54,861 nt of DNA from Ignavibacteria bacterium (lineage in GTDB: Bacteria; Bacteroidota; Ignavibacteria; Tepidaquicellales; OLB5): the NCBI GenBank assembly GCA_039933555.1, contig JBDTNV010000004.1, positions 1 through 54,861 of the forward strand, given 5' to 3'. Of this stretch, positions 1-9,455 are shown piece after piece. Every line of letters begins with the position of its first letter. Within the stretch, counting starts at the first letter, position 1. The notes beneath the pieces were generated by a model. It did not search any database. It was not told the origin of the DNA and worked only from the letters and a program-made list of their open reading frames with translations. A program made the translations under genes and the position numbers.

Positions 1-237
1 TTTAACCCTGTTACTAAAATCAAGTTTTCAATTCCCAATAATTTTCGTTCAGTGCCTGTTAATATCTATATATATGATATAACCGGAAGGGAAGTAAATA
101 GTTTTTCATATGATAACTTAATGCCGGGTATATATAGTATTGATTTTGAAGGTACAGATCTTGCCTCAGGTGTATATTTTTATCAATTAGTATGGGGTGA
201 TTTTATAGAAACCCGAAAAATGGTATTATTAAAATAA
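1..237 (+). CDS. 3' end of a T9SS type A sorting domain-containing secreted protein (partial)
   Basis: Frame open from base 1: FNPVTKIKFSIP...IYDITGREV...LASGVYFYQL...ETRKMVLLK*, a typical T9SS C-terminal domain. Confidence 0.9.
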   Translation, partial: FNPVTKIKFSIPNNFRSVPVNIYIYDITGREVNSFSYDNLMPGIYSIDFEGTDLASGVYFYQLVWGDFIETRKMVLLK

Positions 238-245
238 CTCAGCTA

Positions 246-272
246 AAAATCTTTAAAATCTTTAAAATCTGC
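246..272. repeat. 9-nt tandem repeat AAAATCTTT x2 + AAAATCTGC
   Basis: Read directly, just 3' of the stop codon at 237. Confidence 0.55.
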
Positions 273-483
273 AAAATTTAAGTTATTTTTTCATCAATAT
301 AATCTACCCGTTCTATATCTATACCGAACTTATCCCTTTTTTAAAACCTATTTAATCTTTATAATTGTGATTAACCAGCCACCGATATTGGCTTTTTTAG
401 CCTTTTTTACTAAATTAGCCTGCTAATATATAAATAATAATATTTGATTTTTTAAGTGAATTAAAGTTCAAAAATCTATCATT

Positions 484-1419
484 ATGTCAATAAAAGTAAC
501 TAATTTAACGAAATACTACGGCGACTATCTTGCAGTAGATAACATTTCGTTCGAAGCAAAAAAAGGAGAGATCCTTGGATTTCTTGGACCCAACGGTGCA
601 GGAAAATCCACAACGATGAAGATAATTACAACCTATCTTCCGCCAACATCAGGCACAGTTGAAGTTGACGGCTTTGATGTTGAAGAAAAATCACTCGACG
701 TAAGGAAAAAGCTGGGATATCTTCCTGAGCTTAACCCTCTTTACTACGATATGACACCGGTTGAGTATCTTGATTTTGTCGCTAAGCTTGATGGTATTCC
801 TTCAAACGAGATCAAAAAGAAGCGCGAAGAGATGATAAAGGTTTGCGGACTCGATAGCGTACGCACAAAAGATATCGGAACACTTTCAAAAGGATTTAAA
901 CAACGCGTTGGGCTTGCCCAGGCAATGATAAATAATCCTGATGTACTGATACTTGATGAACCTACATCCGGCCTTGATCCGAACCAGATCATCGAAATCA
1001 GGAATCTTATCAAAAAGCTTGGAAAAGAAAAGACAGTAGTTCTTTCTACTCACATTCTTTCAGAAGTAACAGCAACCTGTAACAGGGTAATTATTATCAA
1101 TAAAGGCAAAATAGTTGCAGATGGTACTCCGGAAGAACTTCAGGCTAAATCCAAAGGCCAAAGCCTTGTCACACTTGAAGTAAAAAATAACTGCGATAAA
1201 AATGCGCTCTCTGGTGCAATTAAGGAAATTCGCAGTGTTAATAAAGTTGAATTTGTAAAAGATAACGGAGATTCATTCCTTTTCAATATATACGGAGAGC
1301 ATGGAACTGATCTGAGGGAAGTGATCTCAAACAAGGTAATGCAGCAGAAGGCAATGGTGCTTTCAATGCAGACTAAACAAACATCATTAGAAGATATTTT
1401 CAGGGAGTTAACAAAGTAA
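484..1419 (+). CDS. gldA: ABC transporter ATP-binding protein, GldA-like
   Basis: Walker A GPNGAGKST, signature LSKGFKQRVGLAQA, Walker B ILDEPT; first gene of a gldA-F-G-type operon. Confidence 0.85.
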   Translation: MSIKVTNLTKYYGDYLAVDNISFEAKKGEILGFLGPNGAGKSTTMKIITTYLPPTSGTVEVDGFDVEEKSLDVRKKLGYLPELNPLYYDMTPVEYLDFVAKLDGIPSNEIKKKREEMIKVCGLDSVRTKDIGTLSKGFKQRVGLAQAMINNPDVLILDEPTSGLDPNQIIEIRNLIKKLGKEKTVVLSTHILSEVTATCNRVIIINKGKIVADGTPEELQAKSKGQSLVTLEVKNNCDKNALSGAIKEIRSVNKVEFVKDNGDSFLFNIYGEHGTDLREVISNKVMQQKAMVLSMQTKQTSLEDIFRELTK

Positions 1420-1423
1420 TAAT

Positions 1424-2146
1424 ATGAATACAACGAATATAAAAACCATTTTTTCAAAAGAGCTTAAATCCTATTTTAATTCCCCGGTAGCGTATATTGT
1501 TATGATAGTATTCATGGTTATATCCGGGTTTCTTTTCACAATGAGCTTTTTCCAGATAAATGTGGCTTCAATGCGTGAGTTTTTCGGCAGCTTTTTTATA
1601 CAGCTTGTACTGTTTGTTGTTTTTATACCAGCAATTACAATGCGCAGCTTTTCAGAAGAAAAGAAACAGGGGACACTGGAGCTCTTGCTGACCAAGCCTA
1701 TTACAGATATTGAGCTTATCTTAGGCAAGTATCTCTCAGCGCTTACATTAATAGTAATAACACTTGCGCCTACAATATTTTATTTCATAGTAATAAAAAT
1801 GATCGGACCTATTCCTTTCTGGCCTTTCTTGACAAGTCTGCTTGGTTATATATTGATGAGCGCTTTTTTCATCGGTATTGGTATCTTTGTATCGTCAATC
1901 ACAGAAAACCAGATAATCGCTTTCATCGTAGCCGTGCTAATTTGCCTATTCTTTTTCCTCTTAGGCAAGCTGCTTGTGGTATTCCCGCCATCGATGGTTT
2001 CAGTATTCGAGTATTTAACCACCGATTATCACCTGAGCAATATTTCGCGTGGTGTAATAGATTCAAGGGTGTTGGTTTATTATTTTTCAATGATATTCTT
2101 CACACTCTTTTTAACAAAAGTATCGCTTGAAAGCAGAAAGTGGTAA
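1424..2146 (+). CDS. gldF: ABC-2 type permease, GldF-like
   Basis: KELKSYFNSPVAY start, PAITMRSFSEEKKQGTLELLLTKP motif, about 6 TM segments, RGVIDSR near C-terminus. Confidence 0.85.
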   Translation: MNTTNIKTIFSKELKSYFNSPVAYIVMIVFMVISGFLFTMSFFQINVASMREFFGSFFIQLVLFVVFIPAITMRSFSEEKKQGTLELLLTKPITDIELILGKYLSALTLIVITLAPTIFYFIVIKMIGPIPFWPFLTSLLGYILMSAFFIGIGIFVSSITENQIIAFIVAVLICLFFFLLGKLLVVFPPSMVSVFEYLTTDYHLSNISRGVIDSRVLVYYFSMIFFTLFLTKVSLESRKW

Positions 2147-2209
2147 TCTTAAGCAGGTAAAACAGTTTTAATTTAAAAAGTAATTATAAAAGTATTATAA
2201 TATACATAT

Positions 2210-3943
2210 ATGGCTGAAGAATTAGAAAATAAAGACGAATTACAGGAAGAAGAAGATTCAATTGAAGAATCATCCGAGGAAATTGCCGAAGATGAAAGAC
2301 TTTCAAAAAGAAAAAAGAAGACTGAGTCAAGAAGGCGCCAGGCTATAATAAGCGTTTTGCTTTTGGCCGGTGTTTTGGTTGTGCTCAACATTATTGCTTT
2401 GAAAGTATTTTTCAGGTGGGATCTTACCCCAAACAAGATATACACGCTTTCTGATGCGAGCAAATCAATTGTTTCGAAGCTGGATGATAAACTTGTAGTG
2501 AAGGCATACTTCACCGATAATCTTCCTGCTCCATACAATAATAACAGGAGGTATCTCCAGGAGCTGCTTGATGATTACAGAAGCGCATCGAACAACAAAA
2601 TATCATATGAGATAATAAGCCCAAGTGACCAGGAAGAGCTTGAAAAAGAAGCGCAGAAATACGGTATTCAGCCCGTCCAGGTCCAGTCTGTAAAGAATGA
2701 CAGGGCAGAAGCATTGAAAGCTTACATGGGTGTTGTACTGCTTTATGGCGGTAAACAGGAAGTTCTTCCTTTTGTAGGAAGTACTGAAAATCTTGAATAT
2801 GATCTAACCGGTGTAATAAACAGATTAACCCAGCCTGAATTAAAAAAGGTTGGTGTACTCTCAGGAAACGGAATGCCGGGTGTTGATAAAATTGGTAAGG
2901 TTAATCAATATTTGACAAAGTTCTATAATGTAACAAATATAGATGCTTCAAAAAATAATCCAATACCGGCAGATGTAAAAACATTGATCGTATTTTCACC
3001 AAAAGCTCCGCAGCAGCAGCAGCAGATGGGCCAGCAGCAGCAGGCGCCGCCCCCGGTTGTTCCTGAGAATATTAAATTTGCAATTGACCAGTATATTATG
3101 AACGGCGGAAAAGTAATTTTCCTTATGAGCCGTGTTAACGTTGCGTCACAGCAGCAATTCCAGATAGCACAGGTTACACAGACGGGGCTTGAAGATATGC
3201 TTGAAAGCTATGGCGCAAAGCTGAATAATACCATACTAACCGATAAAGAATGCGCATTTGTGCAGGTTCCGGTTCAACAGGGTCCGTTACAGATGTACAC
3301 ACAGATTCCTTTCCCGTATTATCCTAAAATTGTGAATATTAACCATGATATCCCGTCATTCGCGACAATTGGACAGGTATTCTTAGGGTTCTCAAGCGAT
3401 ATTGATTTGAATGCAGCCGGTCCAAAAGGCGTAAAAGTAACACCGCTGTTAACAACCTCTCCAAAAACCGGTGTAGCTAATGAGTTTGCCATAGTGCAGG
3501 CATCGGGTACAATGCTTCCTGATACAATGTTCAAATCTAAAGATCTCAGCGTTGGCGCGATCTTTGAAGGCAAGTTCAAAAGTTTTTATAACGGAAAACC
3601 AATACCATCAGATACTGTACAGGGTTCATCACCTGTATTAACAAGTGTAAAGCCTGAGAGCCCGGATTCAAAAATAATTGTATGCTCCAACGGTGACTTT
3701 CCCCAGGATGATTTCCGCGGACCCGATGAGAACCTACTTTTCTTTGCCAACATGATAGATTATATGAGTGATGATGCTGGGCTTTCAATGATAAGATCAA
3801 AAGACGCTAATCCAAAACCGCTGAATTCAATTGAAGACAGCACCCGGTCAATTGTGAAATACGGAATGCTTGTCGGTCCGCCGTTACTTGTACTTCTTTA
3901 CGGCATGATGAGATGGAGAAAGAAAAAAGCATCAAAAAAATAA
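2210..3943 (+). CDS. gldG: GldG family ABC transporter auxiliary component
   Basis: N-terminal TM, RWDLTPNKIYTLS motif, LEYDL, AIDQYIMNGGKVI, C-terminal TM plus basic tail. Confidence 0.85.
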   Translation: MAEELENKDELQEEEDSIEESSEEIAEDERLSKRKKKTESRRRQAIISVLLLAGVLVVLNIIALKVFFRWDLTPNKIYTLSDASKSIVSKLDDKLVVKAYFTDNLPAPYNNNRRYLQELLDDYRSASNNKISYEIISPSDQEELEKEAQKYGIQPVQVQSVKNDRAEALKAYMGVVLLYGGKQEVLPFVGSTENLEYDLTGVINRLTQPELKKVGVLSGNGMPGVDKIGKVNQYLTKFYNVTNIDASKNNPIPADVKTLIVFSPKAPQQQQQMGQQQQAPPPVVPENIKFAIDQYIMNGGKVIFLMSRVNVASQQQFQIAQVTQTGLEDMLESYGAKLNNTILTDKECAFVQVPVQQGPLQMYTQIPFPYYPKIVNINHDIPSFATIGQVFLGFSSDIDLNAAGPKGVKVTPLLTTSPKTGVANEFAIVQASGTMLPDTMFKSKDLSVGAIFEGKFKSFYNGKPIPSDTVQGSSPVLTSVKPESPDSKIIVCSNGDFPQDDFRGPDENLLFFANMIDYMSDDAGLSMIRSKDANPKPLNSIEDSTRSIVKYGMLVGPPLLVLLYGMMRWRKKKASKK

Positions 3944-4010
3944 AGAAATATTAGAGTAAATAATTTTTTTCAGTAACAAAAAAAAAGAAAAGATATAATC
4001 AAGATAGTTT

Positions 4011-4946
4011 ATGAATAAATCAATAAAAATATTACTGGCAGTATTTGCAATTCTGATTGCTGTTTATTTTCTGTTTTTCAGAGGCGGCGAAAAAGTATCG
4101 ACAGATAAGATAGATGCAAAGCTGTTCGTAGCTGATTCATCTAAAATTGATAAGATAGAAATTGTAAAGACAGGTGAAACGGTTGTGCTTGAAAAAGTGA
4201 ATAATCAATGGAAACTTACCAAGCCGCTGGATTACCCTGCCGATACAACAAATATATACCTGATGCTGAAGGATCTAAAGAACTTTGTTATAGAAAGTGT
4301 AGCATCCGAAAATCCTGCAAAATTTAACAGCTACCTCGACTCGGTAAATAATTCCAGTATATCAACTTACCAGGAAGGAAAGCTATTAGGAACTTTCATA
4401 TTAGGCAAAACACAGTCTGAGGGTAATTCATTTATCAAAAAACCTGAAGAGAACAGAATACTGCTTGCTTCAAACTTAACAGCCTCTCTATTTACAAGGC
4501 CATCAAAAGACTACCGTAATAAATTCATTACCTCAATTCAGCCTTATGTTGTCAGCAGGGTTTCATTCAAGTCAACGGATTCCAGCAAGGTTGATTTTTC
4601 AGTAATGAAAGATTCAACAGGTAAATGGAAAATTAACAATGATTCCGTTTCAACTTCTGTGATGGAAGGCTTTCTTAATTTACTTTCAAATTTGAGTACT
4701 GATGATTTTAAAGATACAGTTATGACAACTTTCCCGTCGCCGATATATACACTGAATGTCACAACTACAACCGGGCAGACCACTGTTATCAATTTATACA
4801 AGGATGCTGTAACTGATCCAAATGCTGCTCCTTCTTACATTACACAGGTCAGCGGTGTTAACCAGTTATTCAAGCTTTTTGGCGCTATTGCGGGGCAGTT
4901 AATGAAAAAACAATCTGATTTTATTCCGCCTAAACCCCCTAAATAA
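4011..4946 (+). CDS. DUF4340 domain-containing protein
   Basis: N-terminal anchor, two similar halves (WKLTKPLDYPAD; WKIN), usual position after gldG-like genes. Confidence 0.75.
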   Translation: MNKSIKILLAVFAILIAVYFLFFRGGEKVSTDKIDAKLFVADSSKIDKIEIVKTGETVVLEKVNNQWKLTKPLDYPADTTNIYLMLKDLKNFVIESVASENPAKFNSYLDSVNNSSISTYQEGKLLGTFILGKTQSEGNSFIKKPEENRILLASNLTASLFTRPSKDYRNKFITSIQPYVVSRVSFKSTDSSKVDFSVMKDSTGKWKINNDSVSTSVMEGFLNLLSNLSTDDFKDTVMTTFPSPIYTLNVTTTTGQTTVINLYKDAVTDPNAAPSYITQVSGVNQLFKLFGAIAGQLMKKQSDFIPPKPPK

Positions 4947-4963
4947 AATGATTTTATAGCAAT

Positions 4964-4997
4964 AAAAAAAGACCTGTTAAATAACAGGTCTTTTTTT
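4964..4997. terminator. Bidirectional intrinsic terminator
   Basis: AAAAAAA-GACCTGTT-aaat-AACAGGTC-TTTTTTT between convergent genes. Confidence 0.9.
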
Positions 4998-5014
4998 GTT
5001 TACAGAAATCGATA

Positions 5015-7447
5015 TTATTCAGGCTTTGCTTTGAATGTGAGCAGTGCTGCGAATGCAGCTATATAACATACAGCCCCCGACCAATAAGACGCGGATATAC
5101 CATAATTCATTGCGATAATTATTGATAAAACTGTTGCTAATACTGACATAACCCCATTAATTCCCCAAAGCCAGGGCGTAATTGCAGGATTTTTAATGTT
5201 TGCCAGTTTCATTCCGGCAGGGAAAGCCATTCCTAAGAATAAACCCATGGGGAAAAGAATTAATATTGAAACAAGTACCCTTATTTCTGTTGAATACTCT
5301 CTGAAGTAATGAATTATAAACGGAGTTACAATTCCAAATACTATTAAGATTGCTATGAGAATAATAAACCTTTTTCTGCTGTTATTAATAACATCTTTTT
5401 TGTTTACTCCGCTTATCAAGCTGCCAATACCGCTTGAAAGAAGCATAGTGAATAATGCAGCGGCAAGTGAGTAGGTAGGGTGGCCCAAGAATATATTAAG
5501 CCTTTGTATCTGCGAAATTTCTATCAGCATAAATCCAAGCCCAATAGCCATAAAGAACATGAAATATCCTGAAGTACCTTTCAGGGAAATTTTCCGGGAT
5601 GTTATCTTAAGCGGTATGACAATACACAATACCGATAGCCCCGTCATAGTTGCGGCAAGTGTCAGGAGAATGAATATAGCTTTTGCGTTAAAACCCATAT
5701 CCCACTCTTTCCAAAGGGTCGGGTTTGCAATGTCCATAAATTTCATGTAATGAAAAAAGAAAGGTTTATCATCTGATGGCGAGGTAATATTGATAGGGAA
5801 ATTATTATTAAATTCCTGCCGTGAACTTTCGTTTGTTAATTGCACAAAAACTGAATCACTTGCCGAATCGGGTGAAATAACATTTTCAAACTCAAACACC
5901 CTGTTCAAACTGTCTACCATTCTGATATCATTTTTCGAAAATGGCGATTTGCTGATAAGCAGTGTTCCTGTTCCGCTTCTATCCTGGATACGCTCCTGCT
6001 GCTGGCATTTAATAAGCATAATATGCTCACGGATATCCTTAACACCTGATTCCTTTAGCGCATCAGCAGTAATATTCATTAGCCTGTAATGCTCAATGGG
6101 CTTTGCGCGGTAAAACCTTGTTACTGTCAATATGCCATCGGGTTTAAGCCTGCTGAATAACAACTTCCATGTTTCAACAGTATAAAGGGCGTTTTCTGTG
6201 AGTACAAAGGCGCCGGATGCGGCCGCTGACCAGTTATCGATAACTGAGACCTGGATAATATCAAACTTCCTGGCTGAATCCATGCGCTGAATATAGCTTC
6301 TGGCCTCATCTCCGACAAACTCAACATTCGGATATTTATCAAGATGGCCGGTGAATCCACCGAAATCACCATTTATGGCCTTTATCATATCCTTATTAAT
6401 CTCAATGCCCAGCACGGATCTTTGTCCGAAAGCGAGCGAAGAAAGCACGTCACGCCCGGCCCCGCTGCCGATAATCAATACATCACCATTTGGCCTTAGA
6501 TACTGCGCAAGGTTAGATACATCATATTTTAAATGAAACAATTCAGATACATCGCCGTTAAAATGAGAGAGCACCGTTGTGGAATGAGCATCAATATTAA
6601 GCATAAGCTGCCTGATCTTGCGCGAGCGGTCATACTTATTGCTTAGGCCCCATCCAAAGGGCGTTTCGTATTTTGTTGAATCACCATCAATACTTACGCG
6701 TGAAAATGAATTCCATTTTTCATAAAGAGGCTTATCTTCCCACTCGCCTCGCACCCAGAATAACCGGAGCAATGGGTCATGCTGCTGCACAAGTACAGTA
6801 TGAAACACTGAAAAAGCTGCGACTATGAAAGAATAAATAATTATTACTTTACCAAAAGATGTCTTTTTTACAGTGTCTCTGTAAAAGAAATATGCAGCCA
6901 GCGCAGAAAAAAGGGCTGTTATAAAAACACCTGTCGGCCCGCCTGAAGTATTGAGTACCAAAACAACAAGTATACATCCAAGTGATGCACCAATCAGATC
7001 TGAGGCATAAAGCTTATTTACTGATGAAGGGTATCTGGTTAAGAGCAGCGAAACACAAATACCGCTGAAAATAAAAGGGACAGATATTTCAGTATACGTA
7101 AACGCCGTTACTGCTATTCCAACCAGTGACATTCCATGAATAAAAGGGATAAGAATGTGGAATAAGAAGCTGAGTAAAGTGAAAAAGCTGAAATAAAACG
7201 CCTGGCGGGTTAGTATGGAATCTATTTTTTCCTGCGGAAATTTCTTAGGGAAGATATAAACTATAATAGCGCCAACAGTCATACCGAACATTGCAAGTGA
7301 TACCGCCATAAACGCAAAATGGTAGCCCATTGTAACACTGAATATCCTTGTAAGCAGGATTTCGTACATTAATGTAGAAAGCGCTACAAGGAATATACCA
7401 ATATATTTATTACGTGAAACCTGTGGAGAAATTTCGGGTAAATTCAT
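5015..7447 (-). CDS. Membrane-embedded spermidine-synthase-like SAM-dependent transferase
   Basis: N- and C-terminal multi-TM blocks flank a class I SAM fold (VLIIGSGAGRDV, GIEIN, GDEARSYI, FDIIQ, LKPDG). Confidence 0.8.
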   Translation of the reverse strand: MNLPEISPQVSRNKYIGIFLVALSTLMYEILLTRIFSVTMGYHFAFMAVSLAMFGMTVGAIIVYIFPKKFPQEKIDSILTRQAFYFSFFTLLSFLFHILIPFIHGMSLVGIAVTAFTYTEISVPFIFSGICVSLLLTRYPSSVNKLYASDLIGASLGCILVVLVLNTSGGPTGVFITALFSALAAYFFYRDTVKKTSFGKVIIIYSFIVAAFSVFHTVLVQQHDPLLRLFWVRGEWEDKPLYEKWNSFSRVSIDGDSTKYETPFGWGLSNKYDRSRKIRQLMLNIDAHSTTVLSHFNGDVSELFHLKYDVSNLAQYLRPNGDVLIIGSGAGRDVLSSLAFGQRSVLGIEINKDMIKAINGDFGGFTGHLDKYPNVEFVGDEARSYIQRMDSARKFDIIQVSVIDNWSAAASGAFVLTENALYTVETWKLLFSRLKPDGILTVTRFYRAKPIEHYRLMNITADALKESGVKDIREHIMLIKCQQQERIQDRSGTGTLLISKSPFSKNDIRMVDSLNRVFEFENVISPDSASDSVFVQLTNESSRQEFNNNFPINITSPSDDKPFFFHYMKFMDIANPTLWKEWDMGFNAKAIFILLTLAATMTGLSVLCIVIPLKITSRKISLKGTSGYFMFFMAIGLGFMLIEISQIQRLNIFLGHPTYSLAAALFTMLLSSGIGSLISGVNKKDVINNSRKRFIILIAILIVFGIVTPFIIHYFREYSTEIRVLVSILILFPMGLFLGMAFPAGMKLANIKNPAITPWLWGINGVMSVLATVLSIIIAMNYGISASYWSGAVCYIAAFAALLTFKAKPE

Positions 7448-7522
7448 TATTTATATGCCATTATACGGGTAAGATATAAGGCATATAAATAAAATTAAAT
7501 GTAAAAATTTATGTAAGAAAAG

Positions 7523-9250
7523 CTACTTTAATACCACCATTTTTCTTGTTTGGGTAAAATTACTTGTAATGAGTGAATAAAAATACACTCCGCTTGGGAA
7601 GTTTTCAGCGGACCATTCAATTTCGTATGTGCCGGGTTTCAGTTCTTCGTTTACTAATACTGCAATTTCTCTGCCAAGCGCATCGTAAACAATTAATTTG
7701 GAGTCAAAGGCATGCCTTTGACCTACTGAGGGAATATTGAACTTTATTTTTGTTGCAGGATTAAACGGATTCGGGTAATTCTGAAATAACTCAAATTTGG
7801 TCGGAATTTCTGTGATAATTGGCTGAATGCCTATGGGAATACAAGTTCTGAAATCGTTGTAATAATATTTCAGGGCTGAGTCTGATATAGATTGCAGCGC
7901 ACAAACATTCAGATTATTATTTCCGCCATCACGGGTAATCATATAACTCATTACAATAATTTGTGTATCACCAGGGTTCATTGTTACAGGCCCCATGTTG
8001 AACATTCCTCTTTTATCACTTTGTACACTGTCATACCAGCCGGTTTTATTACATGCATCACCGGAATACTTAAATGTCGTGGGATTTCCTGTTACAAAAT
8101 TGAAAAAAGTATTTCCGCACCCGTCTTTTCCCCGCATAAAATTATAAGCTGTAAAAGCATAGTCAGGATCACTGATACATTGGTTTACGCTTCCTGCAAA
8201 ATAAGTAAACCCGGTCATACCGGTTAATTTGAATCCGGTTAGAGTATCATAAGGCAAAAATACGGTATCACTATTTAAACCTGTATTTCTAATCGGACTT
8301 TGAACAATTCGTACCCCAAGTGCAGGAGGGTTAGTTCCATATTGTAAATCAATATTACTAAAATTGTAGACAAATGATAAATTTCGTAAAGAATCACATC
8401 CTAAAGCATCATTTGAAGCATCTCCTAAATCAAAGTCGATGGGTGACGAAATAAAAGTGCTATCCCAGTATTGTGAGCTTTTATTTATTATCCTGTACTT
8501 TACAAAATACATATCCCGTAATGGGATACAATTGAACATAAATGAAAGTTGCTGAATCTCAACTCCTAAAGGAAGTGTTCCGCCAGGCAGACTTAATTCA
8601 CTTGTATGAATATTATTAGTACAATTGGTATAGTCCATAAACACCATGAACAATAATTCTTCGGGTCTTGCTGTCATACCGTTGCCAATGCCTGGTCTAT
8701 CTCCATTCCATGCAGGCTGATAACCGGGAATGCCGTTTACTTCTACATACGGAGCGCCTTTCTGTACGGGCCATGCAGCCCATGAATCATAATTGAAGGT
8801 ATACTGCCTTCCGCCCGCAGTTTTAGTCCTTGTTCCCCCATTGGTAAGTGTGGGGTCTGTAAGCTGAACTAAATATCCGCGCCATGAGGGGTCGCTGCAG
8901 ACTGATGTTGGAGGAATCCCTCCGATTACGGGAATATTTCCGGGAGAGTAATGTGTGTTATAGAATGAAGCAGCAAGTCTAAGCTCGCGCTGTGCTCCAA
9001 CTTTTGCTCCGATGTATAAGCCGGAAGTAAATACTGCAGTTAATCTTTGCGGCGAGGTTACAGGCCATATAAACCCTGCATCGCCATTCATAAATGTTAC
9101 TTTATCATAATTATAATAACCATCAGTCCTGAAAACACTGTTGATATTGTTGCCCTGCATGAAAATTGATTGAGCCGGCGCAAGGCTTTGAGAGATAGTA
9201 ATAGATATTGCTATCATTGAGAGAAAAAGATAATATACGAGGGTTTTCAT
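7523..9250 (-). CDS. Secreted T9SS sorting domain-containing protein, function unknown
   Basis: Signal peptide; C-terminal FELFQNYPNPFNP...SGVYFYSL...TRKMVVLK. Confidence 0.85.
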   Translation of the reverse strand: MKTLVYYLFLSMIAISITISQSLAPAQSIFMQGNNINSVFRTDGYYNYDKVTFMNGDAGFIWPVTSPQRLTAVFTSGLYIGAKVGAQRELRLAASFYNTHYSPGNIPVIGGIPPTSVCSDPSWRGYLVQLTDPTLTNGGTRTKTAGGRQYTFNYDSWAAWPVQKGAPYVEVNGIPGYQPAWNGDRPGIGNGMTARPEELLFMVFMDYTNCTNNIHTSELSLPGGTLPLGVEIQQLSFMFNCIPLRDMYFVKYRIINKSSQYWDSTFISSPIDFDLGDASNDALGCDSLRNLSFVYNFSNIDLQYGTNPPALGVRIVQSPIRNTGLNSDTVFLPYDTLTGFKLTGMTGFTYFAGSVNQCISDPDYAFTAYNFMRGKDGCGNTFFNFVTGNPTTFKYSGDACNKTGWYDSVQSDKRGMFNMGPVTMNPGDTQIIVMSYMITRDGGNNNLNVCALQSISDSALKYYYNDFRTCIPIGIQPIITEIPTKFELFQNYPNPFNPATKIKFNIPSVGQRHAFDSKLIVYDALGREIAVLVNEELKPGTYEIEWSAENFPSGVYFYSLITSNFTQTRKMVVLK

Positions 9251-9315
9251 ATCTTTTTTTTAAAACATAACTAAAAAAAACAAAATTATCAATAAACTAA
9301 TGAGAAATTATTAAT

Positions 9316-9441
9316 TTAAGGGTTTTTGGGTAAATAATCAGAAAATATTCGTGCCACGAACCGAAAATCCCTTAAGTTATATGATTTTTTGCAGATTTTA
9401 GTAACGACAGATTAAATTTATTGATATATTCGGGGCACGAA
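9316..9441. repeat. Overlapping imperfect inverted repeats in intergenic region
   Basis: 9316-9330 TTAAGGGTTTTTGGG pairs with 9361-9375 CCGAAAATCCCTTAA (13/15); TTCGTGCCACGAA (9348-9360) is inverted with TTCGGGGCACGAA (9429-9441). Confidence 0.7.
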
Positions 9442-9455
9442 ATTATTAACCTGTA

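Noticed and set aside
263-276. 14-mer TAAAATCTGCAAAA also present inverted at 9387-9400
   Set aside because: AT-rich match that could arise by chance among intergenic sequences of this length
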